Assembly (NCBI GenBank): GCA_963845185.1
Contig: CAWJRG010000006.1
Location: 64,001 to 128,000, forward strand
Source: an uncultured bacterium
GTDB lineage: Bacteria > Oederibacteriota > PGYV01 > CAWJRG01
Direction of reading: 5' to 3'
DNA: 64,000 nt
Shown in pieces: positions 1 to 9,725 of this stretch. The notes beneath the pieces were generated by a model. That model saw only the letters and a program-made list of their open reading frames with translations. It ran no database searches and was not told the origin of the DNA. Made by a program: the position numbers and the translations under genes. Each line of letters starts with the position of its first letter. Positions within the stretch are counted from its first letter, which is position 1.

Positions 1-137
1 TGGCCGAAGTTATACTAACCGGGCATGGCAAAAAATACAGATTGCTTCTATCTTCCGGGCAACGTCAATTTTGTAAATACAACCAAAGGCAGGGATAAAG
101 GCCGGCGGTTCAAAATTCTACAAATCCTACAAAAAAT

Positions 138-166
138 TTGACAAACATCGAATTGTAGGTTATACT
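138..166 (+). promoter_or_regulatory. sigma70-type promoter upstream of the 395 gene
   Basis: TTGACA(138-143)-17 bp-TATACT(161-166); overlapped by inverted repeat CCTACAA(126-132)/TTGTAGG(153-159). Confidence 0.75.
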
Positions 167-394
167 TTATATATATCAATTAAAAAACGCGCACTCATCT
201 AAGAAAACCGGGGAAAGAGGAGATGGTTTTTATGATGAGGTTGTTAAAAAAGGGAATAGGGTTTGGAAAGCCCTCTCTGAATCAAACAATTCAAATAAAC
301 CGCCATATATAAAATTAAAATATTGCATTTGGCAAAATTTCAGTGAAAAACAACTCATTTTTATAAAAATATAAATTAAACACGGGAGGGCATT

Positions 395-3300
395 ATGAAA
401 AAAATCCTTACATTGGTTTTCACCATTTTATTTTTTATGCCTGTTTTTGTTTTTGCAGACGTCTGGTCGGATTTTCACGGCACAAACAGCACCGCGGGTA
501 ATATTGATACAGGGACAAGGTATAACCCTGATTCAACATTAAATCCTTCCTGTTTGGGGTTATTATTGTCGCAAACAAACTGGGACGGCGCGGGCGTAAA
601 TGTTATACAGGAGTCATCGCCGGCGGTGGCAAATGGGATTGTATATTTAGGGTCAACAGATGGCAAATTATACGCATGGAACGCGGCAACAGGAGTTGCT
701 ATTTCTGGATTTCCAACAAACACAAACACATACGCGGCTATTTCATCAACTCCGGCAATAGCAAATGGAATTGTATATGTGGGGTCGGACGATGGCAATT
801 TATACGCATGGAATGCGGCAACAGGAGCGGCTATTACAGGATTTCCTGTAAGTACCGGAGCATATCTTACATCATCACCGGTAATAGCAAATGGGATTGT
901 ATATATTGAATCGAATTATCCGGATAATAAATTATACGCGTTTAATGCGGCAACAGGCGTTGCCATTTCGGGATTCCCTGTAAGTGCAGGAGGAGCTCAA
1001 CTATCATCGCCGGCAATAGCAAATGGAATTGTATATGCCGGGTCATACAATGGTAATGTATACGCGTTTAACGCGTTAACAGGCGCTGCTATTTCTGGAT
1101 TTCCCGTAAGTACAGGAGGAGGCATTGACTCATCGGTTGCAATATCAAACGGAATAATATATGTTGGTTCTTATGACGGCAAATTATACGCATGGGACGC
1201 AGCGACAGGTGTTGCTATTTCAGGATTCCCGGTAAGCACAGGCGGGGAAATTGCATCGTCGCCGGCCATAGCAAATGGGAACGTATATGTTCAGTCTTAT
1301 GACGGCAAATTATACGCATGGAACGCGGCAACAGGCGTTGCCATTTCGGGATTCCCTGTAACTGTAACTCTAAATTTGCTTAATAACCTGAGATCGTCAC
1401 CGGCAGTAGCAAATGGTTATGTCTATGTTGGAACAAATGATAATGAAATATACGCTTATAATGCTGCAAATGGAAATTTAGCATGGCAATATCAATTACC
1501 ATCGAATTATGACAGCGAAGGAGTTGATTTTTGTTCTCCTGCAATAGTAGGTAACGAATTGTTTGTTTCATCAGACCAGGGCAACGGCATATTTGTTTTC
1601 GCGCAGTGCACGCCGACACCCACAGATACTCCAACAGCAACCCCGACATATACATACACTCCGACGCCGACAAACACGCCCATAGTGACGCCGTCAATAG
1701 CAGTAGTAGGCATAAAAGACAGCGCCATAGACTGGCTGCACACGATGCAGATGCTGACGCCTACATATTCTGCCGCAGTTGACGGGGCATGGGGCTTCAC
1801 AAATAACCAGTGGGGCTCGAATACGGGCTATCCTACTCCGCCGCCTACCCCCGCGGCCGACTGCCAGGCAAACGGTGAGAACACGTCATCGACCGCGGAA
1901 GTGGGCGTAACAGGGCTTGCCGTGCTTGCCCTGCTCAACGAGGGCGCTTATTTTTATTTTACGACCATTCCGCCCGCGGTCACTGACACGCCTGTAATCG
2001 GCCTGAGCGTGAACGACCCTGCCGTGCTCAGGGGCATAGGGTACATACTCAGCAATGCGCAAATAACAAATGTTTTTCCCGATGGAAGCGTAGAAGGCCC
2101 TATAACAGACAGGAAAGTGCCGGCAGTGGAGGGGGTAACCGACGTGTACGACACGTCCAGCGCCCTGGTCGCGCTGGCGGCGTTCAGGAGAGTGGCAAGA
2201 AACACGGGCCTATGGGGCAATATCGCGCATTTCCAGGCCATAGATTCGGATTTGCCGAATGATTTCTTTGACCGGATAGAGAAGGCCATGGAACAAGGCT
2301 GGAGGTATTTGATGAACGTGCAGATGATAGAACTCGGAACCAGCCTTGATACGTCCAGGGAAATAGACCTTTTCGGGACAGGTACTTTTACAGAAACAAC
2401 ATGCTTTTATGGCGGTTGGGGATACCCGAGAATTAACTGGGCAGATATGAGCAATACTCAGTTCGCTGTCTGGGCGCTGGAAGTATTGGATACAGAGACG
2501 AGGACGTATACAGTGTATACTACTACGGGGAATCCTATATTACCTGATGCCATAGCGGCGCCATTGACAGTAGGAGTTCCGTATCAGACACTGGAATTTT
2601 ATATTGCCCGGCGCGACAAGGCGCATATTTTTATAAGCAGGGATAACCAGGCTTATTTAAATTACATACTCTCGCAAAACTGGCCGTTATTCAGCGCCAT
2701 GCCCACGCCTGCGCCGGGCCCTGAGGGCGGATATTACGGCCCATGCGCCGGCCAGTACACAATACACACGCAAAACCCGCCTTATGGCAGCATAACAGCG
2801 GCAGGTATCTGGTCCCAGTATTGCGCAAATTATCCATGGACATCAATTCCACCGGGTCCATCTGTAGGTAGTTCAGACCCGGTTGCGTGGGATGAATATT
2901 TATGGTTGCAAAATGCCAATATGTATAACAATAATCCCGGCCTAGCCGGCCAATTTTATTTTTATTATGTGATGACCATGACAAAGGCGTTTTTAATGAG
3001 TAATGTAACTACTATAGACTGGGGTTCTGACTGGTATGCTGATTTTGTAAGCGCATTATTGCCGCCCAGAGCTACTTTAGTAAGCGTACCATGGCCGGTT
3101 TATCCGAATTGCGCGCAAAAATATTATTGGCACGATGTGGGCACATATTTTCCGACTGGTTATGCGCAGACTGAAAAAGACGTGTTCGGGACAATATGCG
3201 CCATACTCGGCATAGAGACAAAGCTTGGCCCAGCTCCATATAATATAGCCGGCACAACGCCTGTTAACAGGTTATATATCGAGCTAATGAGCCCGGGCGA

Positions 3301-4807
3301 GCTTCTCGCGATTGATGAAAATAACCAGCAAACAGGTTGTCAAAACGAGGCAAATTATATCCAGATACCAAGCTCTACGTTCACGGGTTGTGGGACCGAG
3401 CCTCAGAGAATAGAAGTAAACAGCCCGGCTGGCGTATACAGGGTGAAGATAAAAGCCATTAGTAACGCATTTGTTACCTTAAAGGCCGGAACAATATTTT
3501 ACGGCAATACAATGAGCGAATATTCCAAAGGCATAACAATGACAGCAGGACAGACCCTTGAATACCGTGTGAGCGTAGGGAACGTATTCTGGCCATTGAC
3601 TTTATCATGCAGTTTCAGCCATGGAATAAGCGCGCCGACGCCGGCCTATACGCCTACGGAAACATTAACAGAAACACTAACTTATACCGCAACCCAAACC
3701 CCGTCCCGTAGCTTTACCCCAACTTTTACTTACACAAATACTCCGACAGCTACGGCAACATATACCGCAACGCCCACTCCGACAAATACGGAAATACCGG
3801 GCTTGTGCTATAGGCTGAAATACAGGCCAGTGATTGAAAAAATCCACACAAACACAATCAATCCTGAGATTGTCGTGAAGAATTGCTCGAAAAAGGACGT
3901 TGATTTGAGCGGCGTGGTAATAAGGTATTTCTATACTTCTGACGGTTACTCAGGCGATGAGATTACAGGGATTATCAAGGCGTTTAAGACAGGAAAAACC
4001 GGCAACAGGGATAATAAATACAGGGGGATGAGACAGGGGGATGAGGCAGGGGGAGAGTTATTGGATGATGAGGATTTTGAAAAGGATGAGAACATAGGAT
4101 TTGACATGGACAAGGAAAAAGGAAAACACAATATATCAGGCTGCGTGAACGTAAATGTAATAAAAGTTCCGGGATTCTGCCAGGACAGGATACTCGAAAT
4201 AACATTCAACGATTGCGCCGGGATTTTGGAGCGCGACGGTAAAATATCGTTGAGCGTGTTTGTAAGAAGAAAAGACGGCAGTTTATATGACCAGTCGAAT
4301 GATTATTCGTTTGGAAAGTTTGAGGAATGGAAAAACTGGGACAGGATATGCGTATATGACAGCGGATACCTTGCATGGGGCAAGGAACCTGAATGCATAT
4401 CGCCTTCGGCGAGTGCTACGTGGGGAGTGGTAAGTGCTACGTTAACTGCAACTACAACACCTACACGAGAGCAGGTATGCGAAGACAATGCAAAGACAAC
4501 GCCGCAGGAAATATCAATTGAACCAAACGATAAAAACGTATATAATTATCCCAATCCTTGTAAGGGACAGACAAGCATAAGATTCCCTTTGCCTGAGCAG
4601 CAGCAAGTAAAGATAGTTATTTATGACATTAACGGAAGGATAATATGGCGGAAAGAATTAAGCCCTGCGGAGACAATACAGGGAATAAACAGCGTAAGCT
4701 GGAACGGAGAAAACGACTTGGGACAGGAAACGGCGAACGGCGTATATTTTTGCAGGGTGGTTTTTAGGGACATAACAATAACTAAAAAAATAGCGGTAAT
4801 TCGCTGA
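395..4807 (+). CDS. secreted multidomain protein: 8-blade PQQ/BamB-like propeller, TP linker, prenyltransferase/squalene-cyclase-like alpha/alpha toroid, CBM3-like domain, T9SS/FlgD-Ig-like CTD
   Basis: signal peptide ending VFA-D; repeats SSPAIANGIVYVGSxDGKLYAWNAATG; QW-like motifs (WLHTMQ..DGAWG, YLMNVQ..GGWGY, DMSNTQFAVWAL); CBM3-like TINPEIVVKN..VDLSGVVIRYFYTSDG..YDQSNDYSF; CTD NYPNP..IYDINGR..ANGVYF..KKIAVIR. Confidence 0.85.
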   Translation: MKKILTLVFTILFFMPVFVFADVWSDFHGTNSTAGNIDTGTRYNPDSTLNPSCLGLLLSQTNWDGAGVNVIQESSPAVANGIVYLGSTDGKLYAWNAATGVAISGFPTNTNTYAAISSTPAIANGIVYVGSDDGNLYAWNAATGAAITGFPVSTGAYLTSSPVIANGIVYIESNYPDNKLYAFNAATGVAISGFPVSAGGAQLSSPAIANGIVYAGSYNGNVYAFNALTGAAISGFPVSTGGGIDSSVAISNGIIYVGSYDGKLYAWDAATGVAISGFPVSTGGEIASSPAIANGNVYVQSYDGKLYAWNAATGVAISGFPVTVTLNLLNNLRSSPAVANGYVYVGTNDNEIYAYNAANGNLAWQYQLPSNYDSEGVDFCSPAIVGNELFVSSDQGNGIFVFAQCTPTPTDTPTATPTYTYTPTPTNTPIVTPSIAVVGIKDSAIDWLHTMQMLTPTYSAAVDGAWGFTNNQWGSNTGYPTPPPTPAADCQANGENTSSTAEVGVTGLAVLALLNEGAYFYFTTIPPAVTDTPVIGLSVNDPAVLRGIGYILSNAQITNVFPDGSVEGPITDRKVPAVEGVTDVYDTSSALVALAAFRRVARNTGLWGNIAHFQAIDSDLPNDFFDRIEKAMEQGWRYLMNVQMIELGTSLDTSREIDLFGTGTFTETTCFYGGWGYPRINWADMSNTQFAVWALEVLDTETRTYTVYTTTGNPILPDAIAAPLTVGVPYQTLEFYIARRDKAHIFISRDNQAYLNYILSQNWPLFSAMPTPAPGPEGGYYGPCAGQYTIHTQNPPYGSITAAGIWSQYCANYPWTSIPPGPSVGSSDPVAWDEYLWLQNANMYNNNPGLAGQFYFYYVMTMTKAFLMSNVTTIDWGSDWYADFVSALLPPRATLVSVPWPVYPNCAQKYYWHDVGTYFPTGYAQTEKDVFGTICAILGIETKLGPAPYNIAGTTPVNRLYIELMSPGELLAIDENNQQTGCQNEANYIQIPSSTFTGCGTEPQRIEVNSPAGVYRVKIKAISNAFVTLKAGTIFYGNTMSEYSKGITMTAGQTLEYRVSVGNVFWPLTLSCSFSHGISAPTPAYTPTETLTETLTYTATQTPSRSFTPTFTYTNTPTATATYTATPTPTNTEIPGLCYRLKYRPVIEKIHTNTINPEIVVKNCSKKDVDLSGVVIRYFYTSDGYSGDEITGIIKAFKTGKTGNRDNKYRGMRQGDEAGGELLDDEDFEKDENIGFDMDKEKGKHNISGCVNVNVIKVPGFCQDRILEITFNDCAGILERDGKISLSVFVRRKDGSLYDQSNDYSFGKFEEWKNWDRICVYDSGYLAWGKEPECISPSASATWGVVSATLTATTTPTREQVCEDNAKTTPQEISIEPNDKNVYNYPNPCKGQTSIRFPLPEQQQVKIVIYDINGRIIWRKELSPAETIQGINSVSWNGENDLGQETANGVYFCRVVFRDITITKKIAVIR

Positions 4808-4817
4808 TAAAACATAC

Positions 4818-4856
4818 AAAAGGCAAAGGAACGATGAAAAATTCTTTTGCCTTTTT
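4818..4856 (+). terminator. probable intrinsic terminator
   Basis: AAAAGGCAAAG..TTTTGCCTTTTT imperfect hairpin with T tract after the stop at 4807. Confidence 0.5.
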
Positions 4857-4876
4857 ATTTTTTTGAAGGAGTAGGT

Positions 4877-6772
4877 GTGAAAAAAATAAAATCTATTTAT
4901 ATACTTTTTATATCGTTAATATCTTTATCAATACAAATAAAAGCTGGAAACATATGGATAGATGCGCATGGCACAAGCGATACAAGCGGGACGTGGAATA
5001 GCGGCATAAGGTCGGATACCCTGACAACAATATATCCGCCGTATGTGAAAAGATGGGAAAAATATGCGTGGAGCGTAACACCCAGTGCAAATGTAGTACC
5101 AACAGATAATTTTTCTTTAATTTATAATGGATATGTATACTTTGGTCAAGGAGATCAAGATACCGGAGGAGTGCATTGGGACGACCCGGGCTATGTTTGG
5201 GCATGGGATATACAAACAGGGGTGACTAAAACAGGATATTCTTTAGGACCGTTAGATAGTGGAATAATCTCAGTAGGGGGGGGGCTCGTAATTGGAAATA
5301 ATAATATATATGCGATAACACAGCATAAAGTATATGGTTGGAGTTTGAATACTTTAAATTTAATATCCGGATTTCCTGTAGATATAACAGAAACAGTTGG
5401 ACAAACATTGTGGGTATTACCTGAAGATGGAATAATATATTGGCAAAATAAATTATATTTCGTAGTTGGTGATTTTAGGGGAAATACAGCGGATATGAGA
5501 AGTTATTTATTCGTAAAAGACGCGAATAATGGAAGTGAATTATGGAGGAAACAATTAAGCATGGGGGGTGGGCAGACTCCTGCGATTTGGAATGGCCGTG
5601 TATATGTAGCAGGAAGGACAGACCAGCAAATTCATTGCTGGGACGCGAATACAGGAGCTGACTGCGCGAATTTTCCCGTAAGTGTAACTGGAACAATGCG
5701 GGCAATGCCGGTAATAGAAAACGGCATAATATATATTGGTGATGAATCAGGATATTTTTATTCGATAGACGCGACAACAGGGAATATAAATTGGACATAT
5801 ACGACCATAGGCAGCGAGCACATAGACAGCACGGCAAGCATATGGCAGGACAAGATATATTTTGGCGGGGATAATGGAAACTTGTATGGGCTGTATAAAG
5901 TGACAGGGAATCTTGTGAGCGGGTTTCCAGTCGGCAATGCCGGCGGTTCTGGGCCAATGAGCACCGCAAATGGCGTAATATACAACGCTGGTTATGGGGG
6001 CCTGGCAATTAACGCAAATAACGGCGCTTTGTTATGGACTGGAAATCCAGATACATCACATGGCGGTGGAGTCTCTTTTCAATATAATTATCAATCAGCA
6101 ACTATAGGACAGAATGAGGTAGTAATGGTGTATTCGGGATTTAATGGAATTGTAGTATACTGCATGCCGTCGCCAACAACCTCGCCGACAGCTTCGCCCA
6201 CAATAACCGGAACACCACCGACACAGACCATGACCGAAACCATAACGCCGACGATGACTTACACAAGCACGCAGACAATGACAAGTACTTATACGATAAC
6301 AGTCACAATCACGCAGACATTTACATCCTCTTCGACAGCTTCGACTTCGGCTACACCTTCGCTCACTGGTACAAGCTCAGTGTCCAACACTCCTACTGCG
6401 ACTATGACATTGACAATAACTCAAACATTGACGCCATCGGCTACATATACCATAACGCCGACAGTAACAGCGATTCCAGCCTCTTTTTATTTTAAACTCA
6501 TAGCAAACTCCCCAAACCCTGCCAGTGGATATACTTACATTATCTATGAACTCGGCACGGGAGCGGATGTAAAAGTCAAAATATACACAATAAGCGGGGA
6601 AAAAGTAACCACATTTGAACAACAAGGCTCGGCTGGAAGAAATAGCATCCGATGGAACTGCAAAAATTTTGCGAATAAAGACGTAGCCAGCGGAGTATAC
6701 ATATACAGAATTGAAGCGGTGTCAGGCAGCAATAAAGCAAAAGCGTGGAGCAAACTGGCGGTAATAAGATGA
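4877..6772 (+). CDS. secreted PQQ/BamB-like beta-propeller protein with Thr-rich stalk and T9SS/FlgD-Ig-like CTD
   Basis: GTG start after GGAG RBS; signal peptide; PQQ-type blades (YSIDATTGNINW, TASIWQDKIYFG); CTD NSPNP..IYTISGEKV..VASGVYIY..KLAVIR. Confidence 0.85.
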   Translation: MKKIKSIYILFISLISLSIQIKAGNIWIDAHGTSDTSGTWNSGIRSDTLTTIYPPYVKRWEKYAWSVTPSANVVPTDNFSLIYNGYVYFGQGDQDTGGVHWDDPGYVWAWDIQTGVTKTGYSLGPLDSGIISVGGGLVIGNNNIYAITQHKVYGWSLNTLNLISGFPVDITETVGQTLWVLPEDGIIYWQNKLYFVVGDFRGNTADMRSYLFVKDANNGSELWRKQLSMGGGQTPAIWNGRVYVAGRTDQQIHCWDANTGADCANFPVSVTGTMRAMPVIENGIIYIGDESGYFYSIDATTGNINWTYTTIGSEHIDSTASIWQDKIYFGGDNGNLYGLYKVTGNLVSGFPVGNAGGSGPMSTANGVIYNAGYGGLAINANNGALLWTGNPDTSHGGGVSFQYNYQSATIGQNEVVMVYSGFNGIVVYCMPSPTTSPTASPTITGTPPTQTMTETITPTMTYTSTQTMTSTYTITVTITQTFTSSSTASTSATPSLTGTSSVSNTPTATMTLTITQTLTPSATYTITPTVTAIPASFYFKLIANSPNPASGYTYIIYELGTGADVKVKIYTISGEKVTTFEQQGSAGRNSIRWNCKNFANKDVASGVYIYRIEAVSGSNKAKAWSKLAVIR

Positions 6773-6854
6773 CGCTCAAAGTTCAAAGCTCAAGGCAACA
6801 GGAGAGGCAAAAACGTGATAAAATTTTTTCAGACATATAAAGACGATATAATAA

Positions 6855-6938
6855 CAGGAGACGGCGAACGGCGTATATTTTTGCAGGGTGGTTTTCAGAG
6901 ACATAACGATAACCAAACGAATTGCTGTTATCCGCTGA
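6855..6938 (+). pseudogene. orphan 27-codon C-terminal fragment of a paralog of the 395-4807 gene
   Basis: QETANGVYFCRVVFRDITITKRIAVIR* versus 4724-4807 QETANGVYFCRVVFRDITITKKIAVIR*; in-frame TAA immediately upstream. Confidence 0.85.
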
Positions 6939-6955
6939 TAGATTTTGTGCGATTA

Positions 6956-6987
6956 GCAAAGGGAACGGGTTTAGCCGTTCCCTTTGC
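6956..6987. terminator. perfect 13-bp hairpin, terminator-like
   Basis: GCAAAGGGAACGG-gtttag-CCGTTCCCTTTGC. Confidence 0.5.
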
Positions 6988-7016
6988 ATTATTGAAAAAG
7001 AAAAAGGGGTATAAAT

Positions 7017-8921
7017 TTGATAAGTTGTAATAAAAAATCAGTAATCAGAATTTGCTTAATCATAATGGGCTTGTTTTTATTTATGAATGTGAAAGCAGGT
7101 AATATCTGGATAGATAACTATGGGACAAGCAGCACAGCAGGGACGTGGAATAGCGGTATAAGGTCGGATACAACAACTACAATACAACCGCCTTATGTAA
7201 AAAGATGGGAAAATTATGCGTGGAGCGTAACACCCGGTGCGAATGTAGTGCCTTATACTAATTTTGCTTTAATTTATAATGGATATGTATATTTTGGTCA
7301 AGGAAATGCGGACACAGGAGGGGTATATTGGGACAACCCGGGGTATGTATGGGCATGGGACATACAGACGGGCGTGACAAAAACAGGGTATCCGCTCGGG
7401 CCGATTGACAGCGGAATAATATCAATAGGTGGATTAGTAATAGGAAATAATAATGTGTATGCAATAACACAGCATAGAGTATATGGATGGGATTTAAATA
7501 CTCTGAATTTAATATCAGGATTTCCTATAGATATAACAGAAACAGCTGGACAAACATTATGGGTTAGACCTGAAGATGGGATAACATACTGGCAGAATAA
7601 ATTATATTTTGTAATTGGTGATCTGAGAGGAAATACAGCGGATATGAGAAGTTATTTATTCGTAAAAGACGCGAATAATGGAAGTGAATTATGGAGGAAA
7701 CAATTAAGCATGGGGGGTGGGCAGACTCCTGCAATATGGAATGGACGGGTATATGTAGGAGATAGACAAAATCAGCAAATTCATTGCTGGGACGCGAATA
7801 CAGGAGCTGACTGCGCAAATTTTCCCGTAAGTGTAACTGGAACAATGCGGGCAATGCCTGTAATAGAAAATGGGACAATATACATCGGAACAGAATCGGG
7901 ATATTTTTACTCGATAGACGCGACAACAGGGAATATAAACTGGACATATGCGACCGTTGGCAACGAGCACATAGACAGCACGGCAAGTATCTGGCAGGAT
8001 AAGATATATTTTGGCGGCGATAATGGAAACCTGTATGGGCTGTATAAAGCGACAGGGAATCTTGTGAGCGGGTTTCCAGTCAGCAATGCCGGCGGTTCTG
8101 GGCCAATGAGCACCGCAAATGGCGTAATATATAACGCTGGTTACGGAGGCCTGGCAATTAACGCAAATAACGGCGCTTTGTTATGGACTGGAAATCCAGA
8201 TGCAACGCATGGCGGTGGAGTCTCTTTTCAATATAATTATCAATCAGCAGCTATAGGCCAGAATGAGGTAGTAATGGTGTATCCGGGATTTAATGGAATT
8301 GTGGTTTACTGTATGCCATCACCCACAGCCTCGCCGACAGTTTCGCCCACCATAACCGGAACTCCGCCGACACTTACAATGACGGAAACCATAACGTCTA
8401 CCATGACTTTCACAAGCACGCAGACAATGACAAGTACTTATACGATAACAGTCACAATCACGCAGACATTTACATCCTCTTCGACAGCTTCGACTTCGGC
8501 TACACCTTCGCTCACTGTTACAAGCTCGGTGTCCAACACTCCTACTGTAACTATGACATTGACAATAACTCAAACCTTGACACCTCAGCCTACATATACC
8601 ATAACGCCGACAGTAACAGCGATTCCAGCCTCTTTTTATTTTAAGCTCATAGCAAACTCCCCAAACCCTGCCAGTGGATATACTTACATTATCTATGAAC
8701 TCGGCACGGGAGCGGATGTAAAAGTCAAAATATACACAATAAGCGGGGAAAAAGTAACCACATTTGAACAACAAGGCTCGGCTGGAAGAAATAGCATCCG
8801 ATGGAACTGCAAAAATTTTGCGAATAAAGACGTAGCCAGCGGAGTATACATATACAGAATTGAAGCGGTGTCAGGCAGCAATAAAGCAAAAGCGTGGAGT
8901 AAGCTGGCGGTTTTGCGATAG
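7017..8921 (+). CDS. tandem paralog of 4877-6772: secreted PQQ-like propeller, Thr stalk, CTD
   Basis: colinear and highly similar to the upstream gene; CTD nearly identical. Confidence 0.85.
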   Translation: MISCNKKSVIRICLIIMGLFLFMNVKAGNIWIDNYGTSSTAGTWNSGIRSDTTTTIQPPYVKRWENYAWSVTPGANVVPYTNFALIYNGYVYFGQGNADTGGVYWDNPGYVWAWDIQTGVTKTGYPLGPIDSGIISIGGLVIGNNNVYAITQHRVYGWDLNTLNLISGFPIDITETAGQTLWVRPEDGITYWQNKLYFVIGDLRGNTADMRSYLFVKDANNGSELWRKQLSMGGGQTPAIWNGRVYVGDRQNQQIHCWDANTGADCANFPVSVTGTMRAMPVIENGTIYIGTESGYFYSIDATTGNINWTYATVGNEHIDSTASIWQDKIYFGGDNGNLYGLYKATGNLVSGFPVSNAGGSGPMSTANGVIYNAGYGGLAINANNGALLWTGNPDATHGGGVSFQYNYQSAAIGQNEVVMVYPGFNGIVVYCMPSPTASPTVSPTITGTPPTLTMTETITSTMTFTSTQTMTSTYTITVTITQTFTSSSTASTSATPSLTVTSSVSNTPTVTMTLTITQTLTPQPTYTITPTVTAIPASFYFKLIANSPNPASGYTYIIYELGTGADVKVKIYTISGEKVTTFEQQGSAGRNSIRWNCKNFANKDVASGVYIYRIEAVSGSNKAKAWSKLAVLR

Positions 8922-9064
8922 ATGTATTTCTCTCTTTTTCCTGTAAGGGAAGAAAGAAAAGATGAAATAAAGCGCAGGCCGGAATTAAAAAATTTGATTT
9001 TGAAAGAAGAAAAGTCTATAATTTAAGCATAAGGCAAAATCAACGGACTATTAGGAGGATAAAA

Positions 9065-9725
9065 ATGAGGCACACCTTAACACCAACAAATACAAATATC
9101 CCCGCAATTACATTGACCGCGAGCCCGGCATTTACGATAACGCCGACACCTACATTTACGAATACCGAGGTCCTGACTTACACAAATACTCCGACAGGCA
9201 CGCCGACGAATACGCCGACGTGGACACCGACATGGACGCAGACATTAATACCCAGTACCCCAACATTTACATCGACGGCCACCACAATTAATATAAGTTA
9301 CGACAGTTCTTCAAAAGCAACCCGCAGCAACGGGTTCTCATCCACGACCTTGTCCTGGACGCACACCTGCGCGGCTGCGCCCAACATACTTATTGTGACT
9401 TTAAGCACGAACGGTACTGCTACGGTGAGTTCAGTGGCTTTTGGCGGCTCAAGCATGGTTTTGTCCGGTTCCCAGACTTCAGGCAACGTAAAAATTTATA
9501 AGTATTATTTATTGAACGCGCCTACAGGCGCATTTAACATAACGGCGACTACGTCCGCAAGAAGCGACCTGGCCTGCGCTGCAGTCAGCTATAAAGGCGT
9601 ATACGGCATTGCAACGCCTGCAATGAGCCTGAATACAGGAAAAGGCGTTACCCTTACCGGCACAACAGGCTGGAAAGGGTCGTATATTGACGGAGGGTTC
9701 GGCAATGCCCTGGCCCTGTCGAACA
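9065..9725 (+). pseudogene. relic of a Thr-stalked secreted protein (no signal peptide, C-terminus lost at IS110 junction)
   Basis: starts directly in a TPT linker, then a beta-rich domain (ISYDSSS..LSWTHT..ILIVTLS); near 9725 it reads into the antisense strand of the transposase; junction position approximate. Confidence 0.6.

Noticed and set aside
170..394. c-di-GMP riboswitch in the leader of the 395 gene
   Set aside because: Hairpins are present but the conserved GCAAA/GAAA-receptor architecture was not found
6815..7030. 71-aa ORF as a real gene
   Set aside because: It is an off-frame reading across the orphan CTD fragment and a hairpin
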